From contig JBGARZ010000006.1 in the NCBI GenBank assembly GCA_044229975.1, forward strand, positions 1-64,000: DNA of 64,000 bases, in the 5' to 3' direction. Origin of the DNA: Polyangiales bacterium (lineage in GTDB: Bacteria > Myxococcota_A > Polyangia > Polyangiales > Ga0077539). This document shows, in pieces, positions 27,673 through 38,094 of this stretch (its first letter is position 1; each line of letters starts with the position of its first letter). The notes under the pieces were generated by a model that was not told the DNA's origin, did not search any database, and saw only the letters and a program-made list of their open reading frames with translations. The translations under genes and the position numbers were made by a program.

Positions 27673-28775
27673 GCCAGCGGGTCGTCCACGTCGACCTCGA
27701 CCGCCCGCTGCCGCCGCGCCGCCAGCCGCTCCTGCGCGTACGCCACCAGCGGCTCGACGTACTCGTCGAACTTCGGGCACTCCACCCCGCGCGCCGCGAG
27801 CAATCCCCGCGCGTTGGTGTCCGCGTAGCGCGCCCGCGTCGCGAGCCGATCGACGAAGGCCCGCGGGCTGCGGGTGAGCCGCTCCAACCCCGGCGTGTTG
27901 AGGAGAGCCCGCGTGATGTTCACCGGAACCATTCCCCGCGGAATCTTCCGCCCCGCCACCTGCGCGATGCGCTCGAAGGCCGCGCCCGTCGACGGTGGCG
28001 TCGGGTCGACGATGTGGAAGGTCTTGCCCACCGCCTCGCGCGCCGCGCCCAGCGACACCCCCGCCCTCGCCACATGGTCGACCGGAACCACATGCAACGG
28101 CAGGTCACCCCCCGCCGGCAGCGGCAGCCGCATGTCCACCGGCGAGCTCAGCATCAGCACGATGAAGAGGTACGGCCCGTCGAAGAGGTCGATCTCACCG
28201 GTGCGCGAGTCGCCGACGATCATCGACGCGCGCAGCACCGTCACGGGGAGCGTCGCCATCGCGCGGCGCAACAGCCGCTCGGCGCCGTGCATGGTCTCCT
28301 CGACGTGCGATCGAAACCGCTGTCCGCGGTCGAGCTCGTCCTCGCGCAGGAGGCCCTCCGCGTCACCGAGCGCGAGCACCGAGCTGTACGCCACCACACG
28401 CGGCGCGCTGCCTTGCTCCAGCCCCGTGCGCGCCAGCTCCAGGATCTCGCGCGTCCCCTGGAGGTTGAGCGCCGTGATGGCCTTCTCCTCCACCTCGTGG
28501 CTCGTCGAGTACGCCGCGTGGTGCACCACGTCGACGCGCCGCGCGAGGTCGAGAAACTCCCGTCCCCCGAGCCCCAGGTCGATGGCCGTCACCTCGCCTT
28601 CGAGCAGCTCCACGCGGCGGGCGTCAGCACCCAGCGTCAGCACCCAGCGCTTCGCCTCGTCGAGAAAGCGCGCCCGCACCAGCATCACCACGCGCGCCGT
28701 CGGGTCGGCGAGCACCTCCGTCGCGATGCGCCGCGCGAGCAACCGGGGATAGCCAGTGACGAGCCGCGTGGTCAC
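27669..28775 (-). CDS. Atypical extended SDR / NAD-binding oxidoreductase
   Basis: LVTGYP, DLGL, HAA, NLQGT, IVGDSRTGEI. Confidence 0.85.
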   Translation of the reverse strand: MTTRLVTGYPRLLARRIATEVLADPTARVVMLVRARFLDEAKRWVLTLGADARRVELLEGEVTAIDLGLGGREFLDLARRVDVVHHAAYSTSHEVEEKAITALNLQGTREILELARTGLEQGSAPRVVAYSSVLALGDAEGLLREDELDRGQRFRSHVEETMHGAERLLRRAMATLPVTVLRASMIVGDSRTGEIDLFDGPYLFIVLMLSSPVDMRLPLPAGGDLPLHVVPVDHVARAGVSLGAAREAVGKTFHIVDPTPPSTGAAFERIAQVAGRKIPRGMVPVNITRALLNTPGLERLTRSPRAFVDRLATRARYADTNARGLLAARGVECPKFDEYVEPLVAYAQERLAARRQRAVEVDVDDPLA

Positions 28776-30541
28776 ATGCGCTCCACGACCTCGATGCCCA
28801 GCAGGTCGAGCCCCCGCTTGAGCACCGTCGCCACCAGCTCGCACAGCGTCAGACGCGCGGCGCGCACCGCGGGCTCGGCGTCCTTCACTGTGAGCTCGTT
28901 GTAGAAGGTCGAGAAGGTCCCGGCGAGCGCGAAGAGGTAGTCGCACAGGGCGTGCGGCCGCGCCGTCAGCGCCACCTCCTCCACCGTCAGCGGGAACTTC
29001 AACAACGACATCGCGAGCGCCCGCTCGGCGGGTTCGAGCGAGACGACGGGGCCCGCCACGGCGCCGAGCTCGGCGACCTTGCGCTGGATGGAGCGGATGC
29101 GGGCGTACGCGTACTGGAGGTACGGCGCGGTGTTGCCCTGGAGCGAGAGCGCCTTCTCCCAGGTGAAGGTGACGAGGGTCTGCCGGTCCTTGGAGAGGTC
29201 GTTGTACTTCACGGCGCCGAGGCCGACGACGCGGCCGATGTTGGCGATCTCCTCCTCGGAGAGCTCGACCTTGCCCGCGGACGCCTCGCGGGCCACGTCG
29301 CGGGCGCGCCGCTCGGCGTCGTCGAGCAGCGACTCCAGCGAGACGGCGTTGCCCGTGCGGGTGCCGATGGCCACGCCCTCGGGCAGGCGCATCAAACCGA
29401 ACCAGACGTGCTCCAACTTCGTGGTGACCCCCAGCCTCCGGCTCGTCGCGAAGAGCTGGCGGAAGTGGAGCTGCTGCCGCTCGTCGGTGACGATGACGAT
29501 GCGCGAGGGGTTCCAGGTGGCGACGCGGTAGCGGACGCCCGCGACGTCGGTAGTCCCGTAGAGGAAGCCCCCGTCGGCCTTGCGGATGAGAAACGGCGGC
29601 ATCGCCTCGCCGTCGCGCTCCTTGGTGAAGGTCACGACCACGGCGCCCTGGCTGTGCTCCGCAACGCCCTTCTCCAACAGCTCGTCGACGGTGGCCGCGA
29701 GCTGGTCGTTGTAGAAGCTCTCGCCGAGCGTCACGTCGAAGCTCACCCCGAGGCGCTGATACATGCGCCCGAACTCCACCATCGACACGTCGATGAAGCG
29801 GTTCCAGAGCGCGACGTTTTCGGGGTCACCCGCTTGTAGCTTCACCAGCTCGGCGCGCGCGGACTGCAAGAGTTCGGGCACCGGACCGGCGGGCGCGTCG
29901 TCGTCCTCCTCGGTCTTGACGGGTGCGCCGATGGCCGCGCGCTGGGCCTTCTCCTCCGCGCTGTAGTGAACGTAGATGCGCAGCAGCTCGCCCACCGGGT
30001 CGCGCGCGTACGCGGCCTCGTCGAGGTAGCGCCGCCACGCGACGATGAGCTTGCCGAACTGCGTTCCCCAGTCGCCAAGGTGGTTGTCGGCGACGACGGT
30101 GTAGCCGACCGCGCGCATCGTGCGCTTGAGCGCCTCACCGAGAATGGTCGAGCGCAGGTGCCCGATGTGCATCGGCTTGGCGACGTTGGGGGACGAGTAG
30201 TCGATGACGACGGTCTGGCCCGCGCCGACCGGGCGCAGCGAGAGGGCGTCGCCGACGTGCTCGGCGAGCCAGGCGTCGCGCAGGGTGACGTTGACGAAGC
30301 CGGGCTTCGCGACCTCGGCGGAGGCGACGGCGGGGTGCGTGGCGACGGCGGCGACGATGACGGCGGCGACGTCGGCGGGGTTGCGGCCGAGGCGCCTGGC
30401 GAGCTGCATCGCGGCGTTGCACTGGAGGTCGGCGCGCGGCGACGGCACGAAGGCCGCGGCGGGCGGAGCACCGTCGAGCGCGAAGGATTGCACCAGGGCC
30501 GCGGAGGCGGCGGAAGCGAGTTCATCAAGGAGCGCGTGCAT
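28772..30541 (-). CDS. argS: Arginine--tRNA ligase
   Basis: DYSSPNVAKPMHIGHLRSTI, GDWGTQFG, GNTAPYLQYAYAR, VERM end. Confidence 0.97.
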   Translation of the reverse strand: MHALLDELASAASAALVQSFALDGAPPAAAFVPSPRADLQCNAAMQLARRLGRNPADVAAVIVAAVATHPAVASAEVAKPGFVNVTLRDAWLAEHVGDALSLRPVGAGQTVVIDYSSPNVAKPMHIGHLRSTILGEALKRTMRAVGYTVVADNHLGDWGTQFGKLIVAWRRYLDEAAYARDPVGELLRIYVHYSAEEKAQRAAIGAPVKTEEDDDAPAGPVPELLQSARAELVKLQAGDPENVALWNRFIDVSMVEFGRMYQRLGVSFDVTLGESFYNDQLAATVDELLEKGVAEHSQGAVVVTFTKERDGEAMPPFLIRKADGGFLYGTTDVAGVRYRVATWNPSRIVIVTDERQQLHFRQLFATSRRLGVTTKLEHVWFGLMRLPEGVAIGTRTGNAVSLESLLDDAERRARDVAREASAGKVELSEEEIANIGRVVGLGAVKYNDLSKDRQTLVTFTWEKALSLQGNTAPYLQYAYARIRSIQRKVAELGAVAGPVVSLEPAERALAMSLLKFPLTVEEVALTARPHALCDYLFALAGTFSTFYNELTVKDAEPAVRAARLTLCELVATVLKRGLDLLGIEVVERM

Positions 30542-30573
30542 AGGGGCGCGGAGACTACCACCACGCGCGAGCC

Positions 30574-32202
30574 TCACCCCATGAACGGATACCGCCACCC
30601 CACCGGCGGAACAAACGTCTCCTTCACCGTCCGCGGCGACACCCACCGCAGCAGGTTGAGCGCCGAGCCCGCCTTGTCGTTGGTCCCCGAGGCGCGCCCG
30701 CCGCCGAAGGGCTGCTGCCCCACCACCGCGCCCGTCGGCTTGTCGTTGATGTAGAAGTTGCCCGCTCCCTGCCGCAGCGCCGTCAGCGCGTGCGTGATCG
30801 CCGCCCGATCGCGCGCCCAGAACGCCCCCGTCAGCGCGTACTCCGAATCCCCTCCGCACCGCGCCAACGCCTCGTCGTACTTCGCGTCGTCGTACACGTG
30901 CACCGCCAGCACCGGCCCAAACAGCTCGTCCCGCATGAGCGCGTGCCCCGGGTCGTCCACTCGCACCAACGTCGGCCGGATGAAGTACCCGTCGCGGTCA
31001 TCAAACCCGTGGTGCAGCACCTCGCAGCCGGTGTCATGGAGCGCGCGCTTCACCGCCCCCGTCACCCGCGCGAAGGCACGCTCGTCGATGACCGCACCCA
31101 TGAAGTTGGTGAGGTCTGCGACGTCGCCGACGTTGACGGTCTGCAACACGTCCATCATCCGCGACCGCAGCCCCGGCCACAGCGACGCCGGAACATACGC
31201 CCGCGACGCCGCCGAGCACTTCTGCCCCTGGTACTCGTACGCCCCGCGTACCAATGCCGTCGCCAGCGCGTCGACGTCCGCGCTCGGGTGCGCGAACACG
31301 AAGTCCTTCCCGCCCGTCTCGCCCACCAGCCGCGGATAGCTGCGGTACCGCCCCTCGCCGACGCCCGCGCCGAGCTTCGCCCACAGCCCCCGAAACACCG
31401 ACGTGCTCCCGGTGAAGTGAACGCCCGCGAGATGCCGTGACGCGAGCGCCCGGTCGACCATCGCGGCGGGGTCGCCCATCACCATGTTGATGACCCCGGG
31501 CGGCAGACCCGCCTCGCGCAGGATCTGGAGGATGAAGTACGCGCTGTACATCGCCGTCGCGGAGGGCTTCCACACCACCACGTTGCCCATGAGCGCGGGC
31601 GCCGTCGGGAGGTTGCCCGCGATGGCCGTGAAGTTGAACGGCGTCACCGCCAGCACGAAGCCTTCGAGCGGACGGTGGTCGAGGAGGTTCCAGATGCCGG
31701 GCGACGAGATGGGCTGGTCGGCGAGGATCTTCGGCAGGTATGCGACGTTGAAGCGCCAGAAGTCGATCAGCTCACACGCCGCGTCGATCTCCGCTTGATG
31801 GGCCGTCTTCGACTGACCCAGCATCGTCGCCGCGTTGAGCACCGCGCGGTACTTCGTCGCGAGCAGCTCCGCGGCCTTGAGGAAGATGGCGGCGCGGGCG
31901 TTCCAGGGTGTGGTCGACCACGAGGGCGCGGCAGCGAGCGCGGCCGCGATGGCGTCGTCCATCTGCGACGCATCGCCCGAGTGCCAGTGACCCAGCACCA
32001 GGTCGTGGCGGTGCGGCGACCGCATCGCAACGCGCTCGCCCGACGTCACCTCGCGACCGCCGATGTACGCGCCGACCTCGATGGGCGTCGCCGCCATGGA
32101 CGACAGCGTCCGCAGGAGCTCGTCGCGCTCGGGAGATCCCGGTGCGTACCCCCGCACCGACTCGTTGATCGCCGTCGGAACCTCGATGCTGCTCTCGATC
32201 AT
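30574..32202 (-). CDS. pruA: 1-pyrroline-5-carboxylate dehydrogenase
   Basis: AEIDAACELIDFWRFN, ETGGKDF, YQGQKCSAASR, SGTNDKAG. Confidence 0.95.
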   Translation of the reverse strand: MIESSIEVPTAINESVRGYAPGSPERDELLRTLSSMAATPIEVGAYIGGREVTSGERVAMRSPHRHDLVLGHWHSGDASQMDDAIAAALAAAPSWSTTPWNARAAIFLKAAELLATKYRAVLNAATMLGQSKTAHQAEIDAACELIDFWRFNVAYLPKILADQPISSPGIWNLLDHRPLEGFVLAVTPFNFTAIAGNLPTAPALMGNVVVWKPSATAMYSAYFILQILREAGLPPGVINMVMGDPAAMVDRALASRHLAGVHFTGSTSVFRGLWAKLGAGVGEGRYRSYPRLVGETGGKDFVFAHPSADVDALATALVRGAYEYQGQKCSAASRAYVPASLWPGLRSRMMDVLQTVNVGDVADLTNFMGAVIDERAFARVTGAVKRALHDTGCEVLHHGFDDRDGYFIRPTLVRVDDPGHALMRDELFGPVLAVHVYDDAKYDEALARCGGDSEYALTGAFWARDRAAITHALTALRQGAGNFYINDKPTGAVVGQQPFGGGRASGTNDKAGSALNLLRWVSPRTVKETFVPPVGWRYPFMG

Positions 32203-32310
32203 AGGTGCGTGCACGGTACCAGCGACGGCGTGCGGACGGCGATCCACGGCGCCGCGATTGTGCTGCCACCCGCTTGCGCCACAGACCTCGGCTGCGTTGC
32301 TATCCGGCGC

Positions 32311-34425
32311 GTGAAGACTCCCTCCTGGCTTGCCCAGTCCCTCGCCGTCTCGGCGGTGCTCGCCGCGTGTTCGCCCGAGGACAACGACCAGACCTCCTGC
32401 GGCGCCGGCGTGGTGTGCCCGACCGGCGAAGACTCCGGCGTGCGGCGCGACGTCACGACGGGCGATGGTTCGAGGACCAACGACCTCGGCCGCGACGTGG
32501 GCGTGGTGCGCGATGCCATCCCCATCCGCGAGCTGAGCCGCATCGTCATCGACCCGCCGATGGCCACCATCACCTCGCGCGACGGCGCCACCGCCACGCA
32601 GACCTTCACCGTCGTCGGAACCTTCGACGACGGCACCTCCCGCCCCCTCGCCAACGGCACCTGGTCGCTGCCCACCACCCTCGCCGCCACCGTGGATTCC
32701 GCGACCGGCGTCGTCACGGCCACCGGACGTGCGGGTGGCCTCGTCGAGCTGCGGGTGGAGGTTCCGAGCCCCATGCGCGCGCTCACCGCGACGGCCATGG
32801 TGGATGTTCGCGTCGCCCGCAGCATGCTCGTCGATCGCCTCGTCCCCGACGTCGTCGAGAATTTCGCCCGCCCCGCCGTCGACGACGCCGCGCGCCGGGT
32901 GACGCTGCACTATCCGCTCGATCGCGCGGTGATCCCGAGCAATCTCCCCGCGCCCGACGTGCAGTGGGAGGGCGGCAATTCGGGGGACGTCTACCGCGTG
33001 CGCGTGCAGAAGCCCCACGCCGACGTCTCGGCGTACCTCGCGCACACGGGCTCGGGCTTCGGCTTCCATTGGCTGGTCGACGCGGAGCTGTGGCGCACGC
33101 TGCTGGAGACCGACCCGGCCGCCCCGCTGTCGATCACCGTCGACCGCTGGGACAACGCCGCCAGCGAGCACATCGCCGGCGCGCCCGTCACCCTCAACGT
33201 CGCCCGCGCCGTGCTCTCCGGGACCATCTACTACTGGGACCTCTCGGCCGGTCGGCTCATGCGCCTCGACGCCTTCACGGGCGCACGCTCGCTCACCATC
33301 GCCAACCCCCCGGCGACCACCGGCAACAACCGCTGCGTCGCCTGCCACACGGTCTCGCGCGACGGCCGCTACCTCAGCGCCGAGCTCTGGGGCGGCGACG
33401 AACCCTCCGTCACCTTCGACCTCACCGCCGCCAACCTCAGCGCCGACCCGGCGCCCACCGTGTACGGCCCGACGTCCGATCTCCGGTACCTGTTCTCGAC
33501 CTTCTCGCCGGACTCCACGTACCTCGTGGTCAACCGCGGCAACACCATGCGCCTGCTCGACCGCGCCACTGGTGCCGTCGTCCCGGAGAGCGGCCTGCCG
33601 GCCGATCACGCCGCGCACCCCGACTGGTCGCCCGACGGCATGAGCGTCGCGATGGTCACCAACACCAACGGCGGCTGGGCCGTGGACTTCACCCGCGGCG
33701 ACGTGGCCATCGTCCCGCGGCTCACGGCCACCACCTTCGGGGCGCCGCGCGTCATCCACCGCGGCACCACCGAAGACATGCCCGGCGACGACGTCATCCG
33801 CGTCGACGCGCACCCGACCTTCTCGCCCGACAACCGCTGGATCGCCTTCCAGCACGGCACCAACTCCCGCGGCGGCAACGAGACCGCCCGCTACCCCGGG
33901 CGCCTGGAGATCACCTCGGTGGACTCCGCCGCCGACGCCGCGTCGACCGTGCTCGCCAACGCCAACGGGACGGGCGAGCCCAACTCGTACTGGCCGCAGT
34001 TCTCGCCCTTCGACGCGGGCGGGTACTTCTGGGTGGCGTTCTATTCGAGGAGGGATTTCGGCAACGCGCAGGTCGGGACGCGAGGCACCCGACGACGGCA
34101 GATCTGGGTCACCGCCGTGGCCAACCGACCGACCGCGGGCACCGACCCGTCGAGCGTCCCGTACTGGCTCCCGGGCCAGGATCCCGCGGAGGAGAACATG
34201 TCCGCGTACTGGGCCCCCGTCGCGTGCCGCCCCAACGGCACCGGCTGCGGCGTGTCGTCCGAGTGCTGCTCCGGGCTCTGCGATCGCAACGCCGAAGGGA
34301 TGTTCGTGTGCACCCCGCCGCCGCCCGCCATGTGCCGCCGCGAAGGGACGACCTGCACCACCACCGCCGACTGCTGCAACGGGCTCATGTGCTTCGGCAA
34401 CGTCTGCGGCCGCAACCCGGGCTGA
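32311..34425 (+). CDS. TolB/PD40 beta-propeller lipoprotein with Ig-like and Cys-rich parts
   Basis: Lipobox LAAC; PDWSPDG, PTFSPD, WLPGQD; Cys-rich tail. Confidence 0.85.
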   Translation: MKTPSWLAQSLAVSAVLAACSPEDNDQTSCGAGVVCPTGEDSGVRRDVTTGDGSRTNDLGRDVGVVRDAIPIRELSRIVIDPPMATITSRDGATATQTFTVVGTFDDGTSRPLANGTWSLPTTLAATVDSATGVVTATGRAGGLVELRVEVPSPMRALTATAMVDVRVARSMLVDRLVPDVVENFARPAVDDAARRVTLHYPLDRAVIPSNLPAPDVQWEGGNSGDVYRVRVQKPHADVSAYLAHTGSGFGFHWLVDAELWRTLLETDPAAPLSITVDRWDNAASEHIAGAPVTLNVARAVLSGTIYYWDLSAGRLMRLDAFTGARSLTIANPPATTGNNRCVACHTVSRDGRYLSAELWGGDEPSVTFDLTAANLSADPAPTVYGPTSDLRYLFSTFSPDSTYLVVNRGNTMRLLDRATGAVVPESGLPADHAAHPDWSPDGMSVAMVTNTNGGWAVDFTRGDVAIVPRLTATTFGAPRVIHRGTTEDMPGDDVIRVDAHPTFSPDNRWIAFQHGTNSRGGNETARYPGRLEITSVDSAADAASTVLANANGTGEPNSYWPQFSPFDAGGYFWVAFYSRRDFGNAQVGTRGTRRRQIWVTAVANRPTAGTDPSSVPYWLPGQDPAEENMSAYWAPVACRPNGTGCGVSSECCSGLCDRNAEGMFVCTPPPPAMCRREGTTCTTTADCCNGLMCFGNVCGRNPG

Positions 34426-34543
34426 CCCTTCCACTCGCTGCGTCATGGACGGAGAGGCTTGGAAAGAAGCCCTCGGCCGGGTTGACAACGCGACGCGTTA
34501 GTCTAGACATTGACGCGTCGAGTCAACGACGAAGGTGATGACC

Positions 34544-34972
34544 ATGGAGACGCAATCGCAGGACACGACCTCGAAGACCCGCCTGGAAGCCGCGCGCGAA
34601 GCCGTGCTGGGCTCGCTGGCCCGCGCGAAGGAGACGTTGCAGGTGGCGGCGACGACGGTCCCGGCATGGGCGCGCGACGTGGAGCTGCGGGCGGGTGAGC
34701 AGGCCGACGCGCTGCTCGAACGGGTCGGCCTGGTGCGCCTCGCAAAGGTGAAGGCGACGACGGCGGCGCCCGCGGCGGAAGAGCCCGCGACGATCGAAGC
34801 GACGGCGCCGGCGATCGACGCGACGGAAGAGCCCGCGACGGAAGAGCCCGCGACCGAGCCCGCCGTCGAAGCTGCGACCGAAGCGCCCGCCACGACCGAA
34901 GCGCCTGCCGTGAGCGCGACCACGCCCGCCGAGACGACGCACGACCGCGGGGGCCGGCGCCGCCGTCGCTGA
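34544..34972 (+). CDS. Small helical protein with acidic A/T/E/P-rich tail
   Basis: GAAGGTG RBS-like sequence; amphipathic N-terminal half and EEPAT repeats. Confidence 0.65.
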   Translation: METQSQDTTSKTRLEAAREAVLGSLARAKETLQVAATTVPAWARDVELRAGEQADALLERVGLVRLAKVKATTAAPAAEEPATIEATAPAIDATEEPATEEPATEPAVEAATEAPATTEAPAVSATTPAETTHDRGGRRRRR

Positions 34973-35100
34973 TCGTCGGCACGCGTCGCGGAAGCCGCGG
35001 TCGCGCGCCTCGTCTCGGTTGTTGATTCCAGCGTGGGCAATGGTGTTCGATCGGCGCCGCCGGCCGGTTGTTGCACCGCCGCGCGGGAGTCACGACAGCC

Positions 35101-38094
35101 ATGAGATCACGTCACGTCTGGATTGTTCTGTCGGCCACGCTCGTCGCCATCGCGGGCTGTGATGGTCGAGCGTTGCTCGGTCCACCGACGGTGTCCGGTG
35201 ACGCGGCGGCTGACGTCACCACGCTCACCGACCTTCCGGCCCCCGACGGCGGCAACGACGTCACCACGCCGACCGACGTCCAGCGCACCGACGTCGCCAC
35301 CGACAGCGGCACGGATGGCGGCCTCGTGTGCGGCGCGGGGGAGACCCGCTGCGGCAGCGCGTGCGTCGACGTCGCCAGCGACCCCGCCAACTGCGGCGCG
35401 TGCGCCAACGCCTGTACCGCGGGTCAGGTGTGCAACGCCGGGGCGTGCGCGACGACCTGCGGCGCGGGCCTGAGCGCGTGCAGCGGCGCGTGCGTCGACC
35501 TCGGGTCGAGCAACGACCACTGCGGCGCGTGCGGCACCGCCTGCGCGGGCGGGACGAGCTGTAGCGCGGGCGTCTGCGTGTGCCCGGCGGGGACCACCCG
35601 CTGCGGCAGCGCGTGCGTCGACCTCGCCAGCGACCCGACCCACTGCGGCGCCTGCGCGACCGCGTGCACCGCGGGCCAGGTGTGCTCCTCGGGCGCGTGC
35701 GGCGCGACCTGCGCGACGGGCCTCACGGCGTGCAGCGGCGCGTGCGTCGACACCCGCAGCGACTCGTCGCACTGCGGCGGCTGCGGCGTGACCTGCACCG
35801 GCGGAACGAGCTGCGTCGGGGGTGGATGCGCGTGCCCGGCGGGGACGACCCGCTGCGGCGATCGCTGCGTCGACCTCACCTCCAGCGGCACCGACTGCGG
35901 CGCGTGCGGGACGGCCTGCGCGACGGCCCAGGTGTGCGCCGCGGGCGTGTGCGCGACGACCTGCCCGGCCGGGCGCCTCGCCTGCGGCCGCGACTGCATC
36001 GACGTGGGCTCCGACGCCGCCAACTGCGGCGCGTGCGGGGTGCGCTGCGCCGGCGGATCGACCTGCGTCGCGGGCACCTGCGCCTGCCCGACGGGCCAGA
36101 CGCTGTGCTCGGGCGTGTGCGTCGACCTGCGCACCGACCCCGCCCACTGCGGCGCGTGCGGGACGACCTGCGCGGCGGGCCAGGCCTGCGGCGCGGGCAT
36201 GTGCGGATCGACCTGCGCGGCGGGCACCACGGCGTGCGCGGGCTCGTGCGTCGACACGCGCACCGACGCGGCCAACTGCGGCGGTTGTGGCGTCGCGTGC
36301 ACCGGCGGGACGGCCTGTGTGGCAGGCACCTGCGGCTGCCCGATGGGGCAGATGGCGTGCGGCGGGATGTGCGTCGACACGCGCGCCAGCAACATCCACT
36401 GCGGCTCGTGCGGCAACCGCTGCGCGCCGGGGACGTTCTGCGCCAACGGCGGGTGCGCGTGCAACGAGGGGACGACCAACTGCGCGGGCATCTGCTCCGA
36501 CCTGCGGACCAACCCCGCCCACTGCGGAGCGTGCGGCAACGCGTGCGCCGCGGGGCAGGCGTGCAGCGGCGGCGCGTGCACTGCGACCTGCTCGACCGGG
36601 CTCACCCGCTGCGGCGGCGCCTGCGTCGACACGCAGAGCGACCGCGCCAACTGCGGCGCCTGCGGGACGGCCTGCACCGGCGGAACGGTGTGCAGCCTCG
36701 GGGCGTGCGTGTGTGATCCGGGGCGCACCAACTGCGGCGGCACCTGCGTCGATGCGCAGAGCGATCCGGCCAACTGCGGCGCCTGCGGGCGCGCGTGCGC
36801 GGCGGGCCAGACCTGCTCGGCGGGCGCCTGCGCGGCGGCCTGCGCGGTGGGCCTCACCAACTGCGCGGGCGCCTGCGTCGACCTGTCGAGCAACGGAACG
36901 AGCTGCGGGATGTGCGGTCGCACCTGCACCGGCGGCACCCGCTGCGTGACCGGCGCGTGCCAGTGTCCGGCGGGCCAGAGCAACTGCGGCGGGACGTGCG
37001 TGAGCCAGCAGAGCGATCCGGCCAACTGCGGCGGCTGCGGAACGCGCTGCGGCGCCGGGCGGGTGTGCTCCTTCGGGGTGTGCCTGATGGGCTGCGTTCC
37101 GGGGCAGACCCAGTGCGGCGGCGGGTGCTTCTTCACGCAGGTCGACGAGCGCAACTGCGGCGGCTGCGGCATCGCCTGCAACGCGGGTCAGACCTGCATC
37201 AACAGCCGGTGCCAGTGCCCGGCGGGCCAGACCCTCTGCGGCGGGGTGTGCGTCGACACGCGCACCAACAGCGCCAACTGCGGCGCGTGCGGGACCGCCT
37301 GCATGACCAACCAGCTCTGCTCGGGCGGCGTCTGCGGCGTGACGTGTCCGACGGGCAGCACGGCCTGCGGCGGCGCCTGCGTCGACACCCGCTCCAACGA
37401 CCGCAACTGCGGCGGCTGCGGCGTCGTCTGCACCGGCGGGTCGGCCTGCACCGCGGGCGCCTGCGCGTGCCCGGCGGGCAGCGCCCTGTGCAGCGGCCGC
37501 TGCGTCAACCTCCGCACCGACGCGCTCAACTGCGGCGCGTGCGGGACGGCGTGCACCGGCGGCGCGACCTGCACCGCGGGCGTGTGCGCGTGCCCGACGG
37601 GGCAGACCCGCTGCGGCGCCACCTGCGTCAACACGCAGACCAGCAACGCCAACTGCGGCGCTTGTGGGACGGCCTGCCCGGCCGGCCAGGCGTGCACCGC
37701 CGGGGCCTGCGTGGCGGCCTGCCCGATGGGCCAGACCCGCTGCGGAACCACCTGCGTCAACACCGGCACCGACGAGGCCAACTGCGGCGCGTGCGGCAGC
37801 ACCTGCGCGGGCACCTGCATGGGCGGTCGCTGCACGTGTCCCCTCGGCGAGCAGCTCTGCGGCGGTCGCTGCGTGGGCGTCATCGACGACCCGACCAACT
37901 GCGGGATGTGCGGTCGCGCGTGCCCGACGGGGCAGGCGTGCGTGGCCGGCTTCTGCACGGCGCGCTGCTTCATCCCGGGGCAGACGCTCTGCAACTCGAT
38001 GTGCGTCAACACGCAGGTCGACGCGGCCAACTGCGGGACGTGCAGCAACCGCTGCCCGGGCACCCAGATCTGCCGCGGGGGGATGTGCCGATGA
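35101..38094 (+). CDS. Large Cys-rich repeat lipoprotein (22 Stig1/MXAN_6577-like repeats)
   Basis: Lipobox IAGC; 22 copies of C-x(2)-...CVD-x5-(N/H)CGxCGxxC. Confidence 0.92.
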   Translation: MRSRHVWIVLSATLVAIAGCDGRALLGPPTVSGDAAADVTTLTDLPAPDGGNDVTTPTDVQRTDVATDSGTDGGLVCGAGETRCGSACVDVASDPANCGACANACTAGQVCNAGACATTCGAGLSACSGACVDLGSSNDHCGACGTACAGGTSCSAGVCVCPAGTTRCGSACVDLASDPTHCGACATACTAGQVCSSGACGATCATGLTACSGACVDTRSDSSHCGGCGVTCTGGTSCVGGGCACPAGTTRCGDRCVDLTSSGTDCGACGTACATAQVCAAGVCATTCPAGRLACGRDCIDVGSDAANCGACGVRCAGGSTCVAGTCACPTGQTLCSGVCVDLRTDPAHCGACGTTCAAGQACGAGMCGSTCAAGTTACAGSCVDTRTDAANCGGCGVACTGGTACVAGTCGCPMGQMACGGMCVDTRASNIHCGSCGNRCAPGTFCANGGCACNEGTTNCAGICSDLRTNPAHCGACGNACAAGQACSGGACTATCSTGLTRCGGACVDTQSDRANCGACGTACTGGTVCSLGACVCDPGRTNCGGTCVDAQSDPANCGACGRACAAGQTCSAGACAAACAVGLTNCAGACVDLSSNGTSCGMCGRTCTGGTRCVTGACQCPAGQSNCGGTCVSQQSDPANCGGCGTRCGAGRVCSFGVCLMGCVPGQTQCGGGCFFTQVDERNCGGCGIACNAGQTCINSRCQCPAGQTLCGGVCVDTRTNSANCGACGTACMTNQLCSGGVCGVTCPTGSTACGGACVDTRSNDRNCGGCGVVCTGGSACTAGACACPAGSALCSGRCVNLRTDALNCGACGTACTGGATCTAGVCACPTGQTRCGATCVNTQTSNANCGACGTACPAGQACTAGACVAACPMGQTRCGTTCVNTGTDEANCGACGSTCAGTCMGGRCTCPLGEQLCGGRCVGVIDDPTNCGMCGRACPTGQACVAGFCTARCFIPGQTLCNSMCVNTQVDAANCGTCSNRCPGTQICRGGMCR

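Noticed and set aside
30574..34488. 1304-aa ORF as a giant PruA fusion
   Set aside because: The portion upstream of 32202 is the antisense shadow of the plus-strand lipoprotein gene
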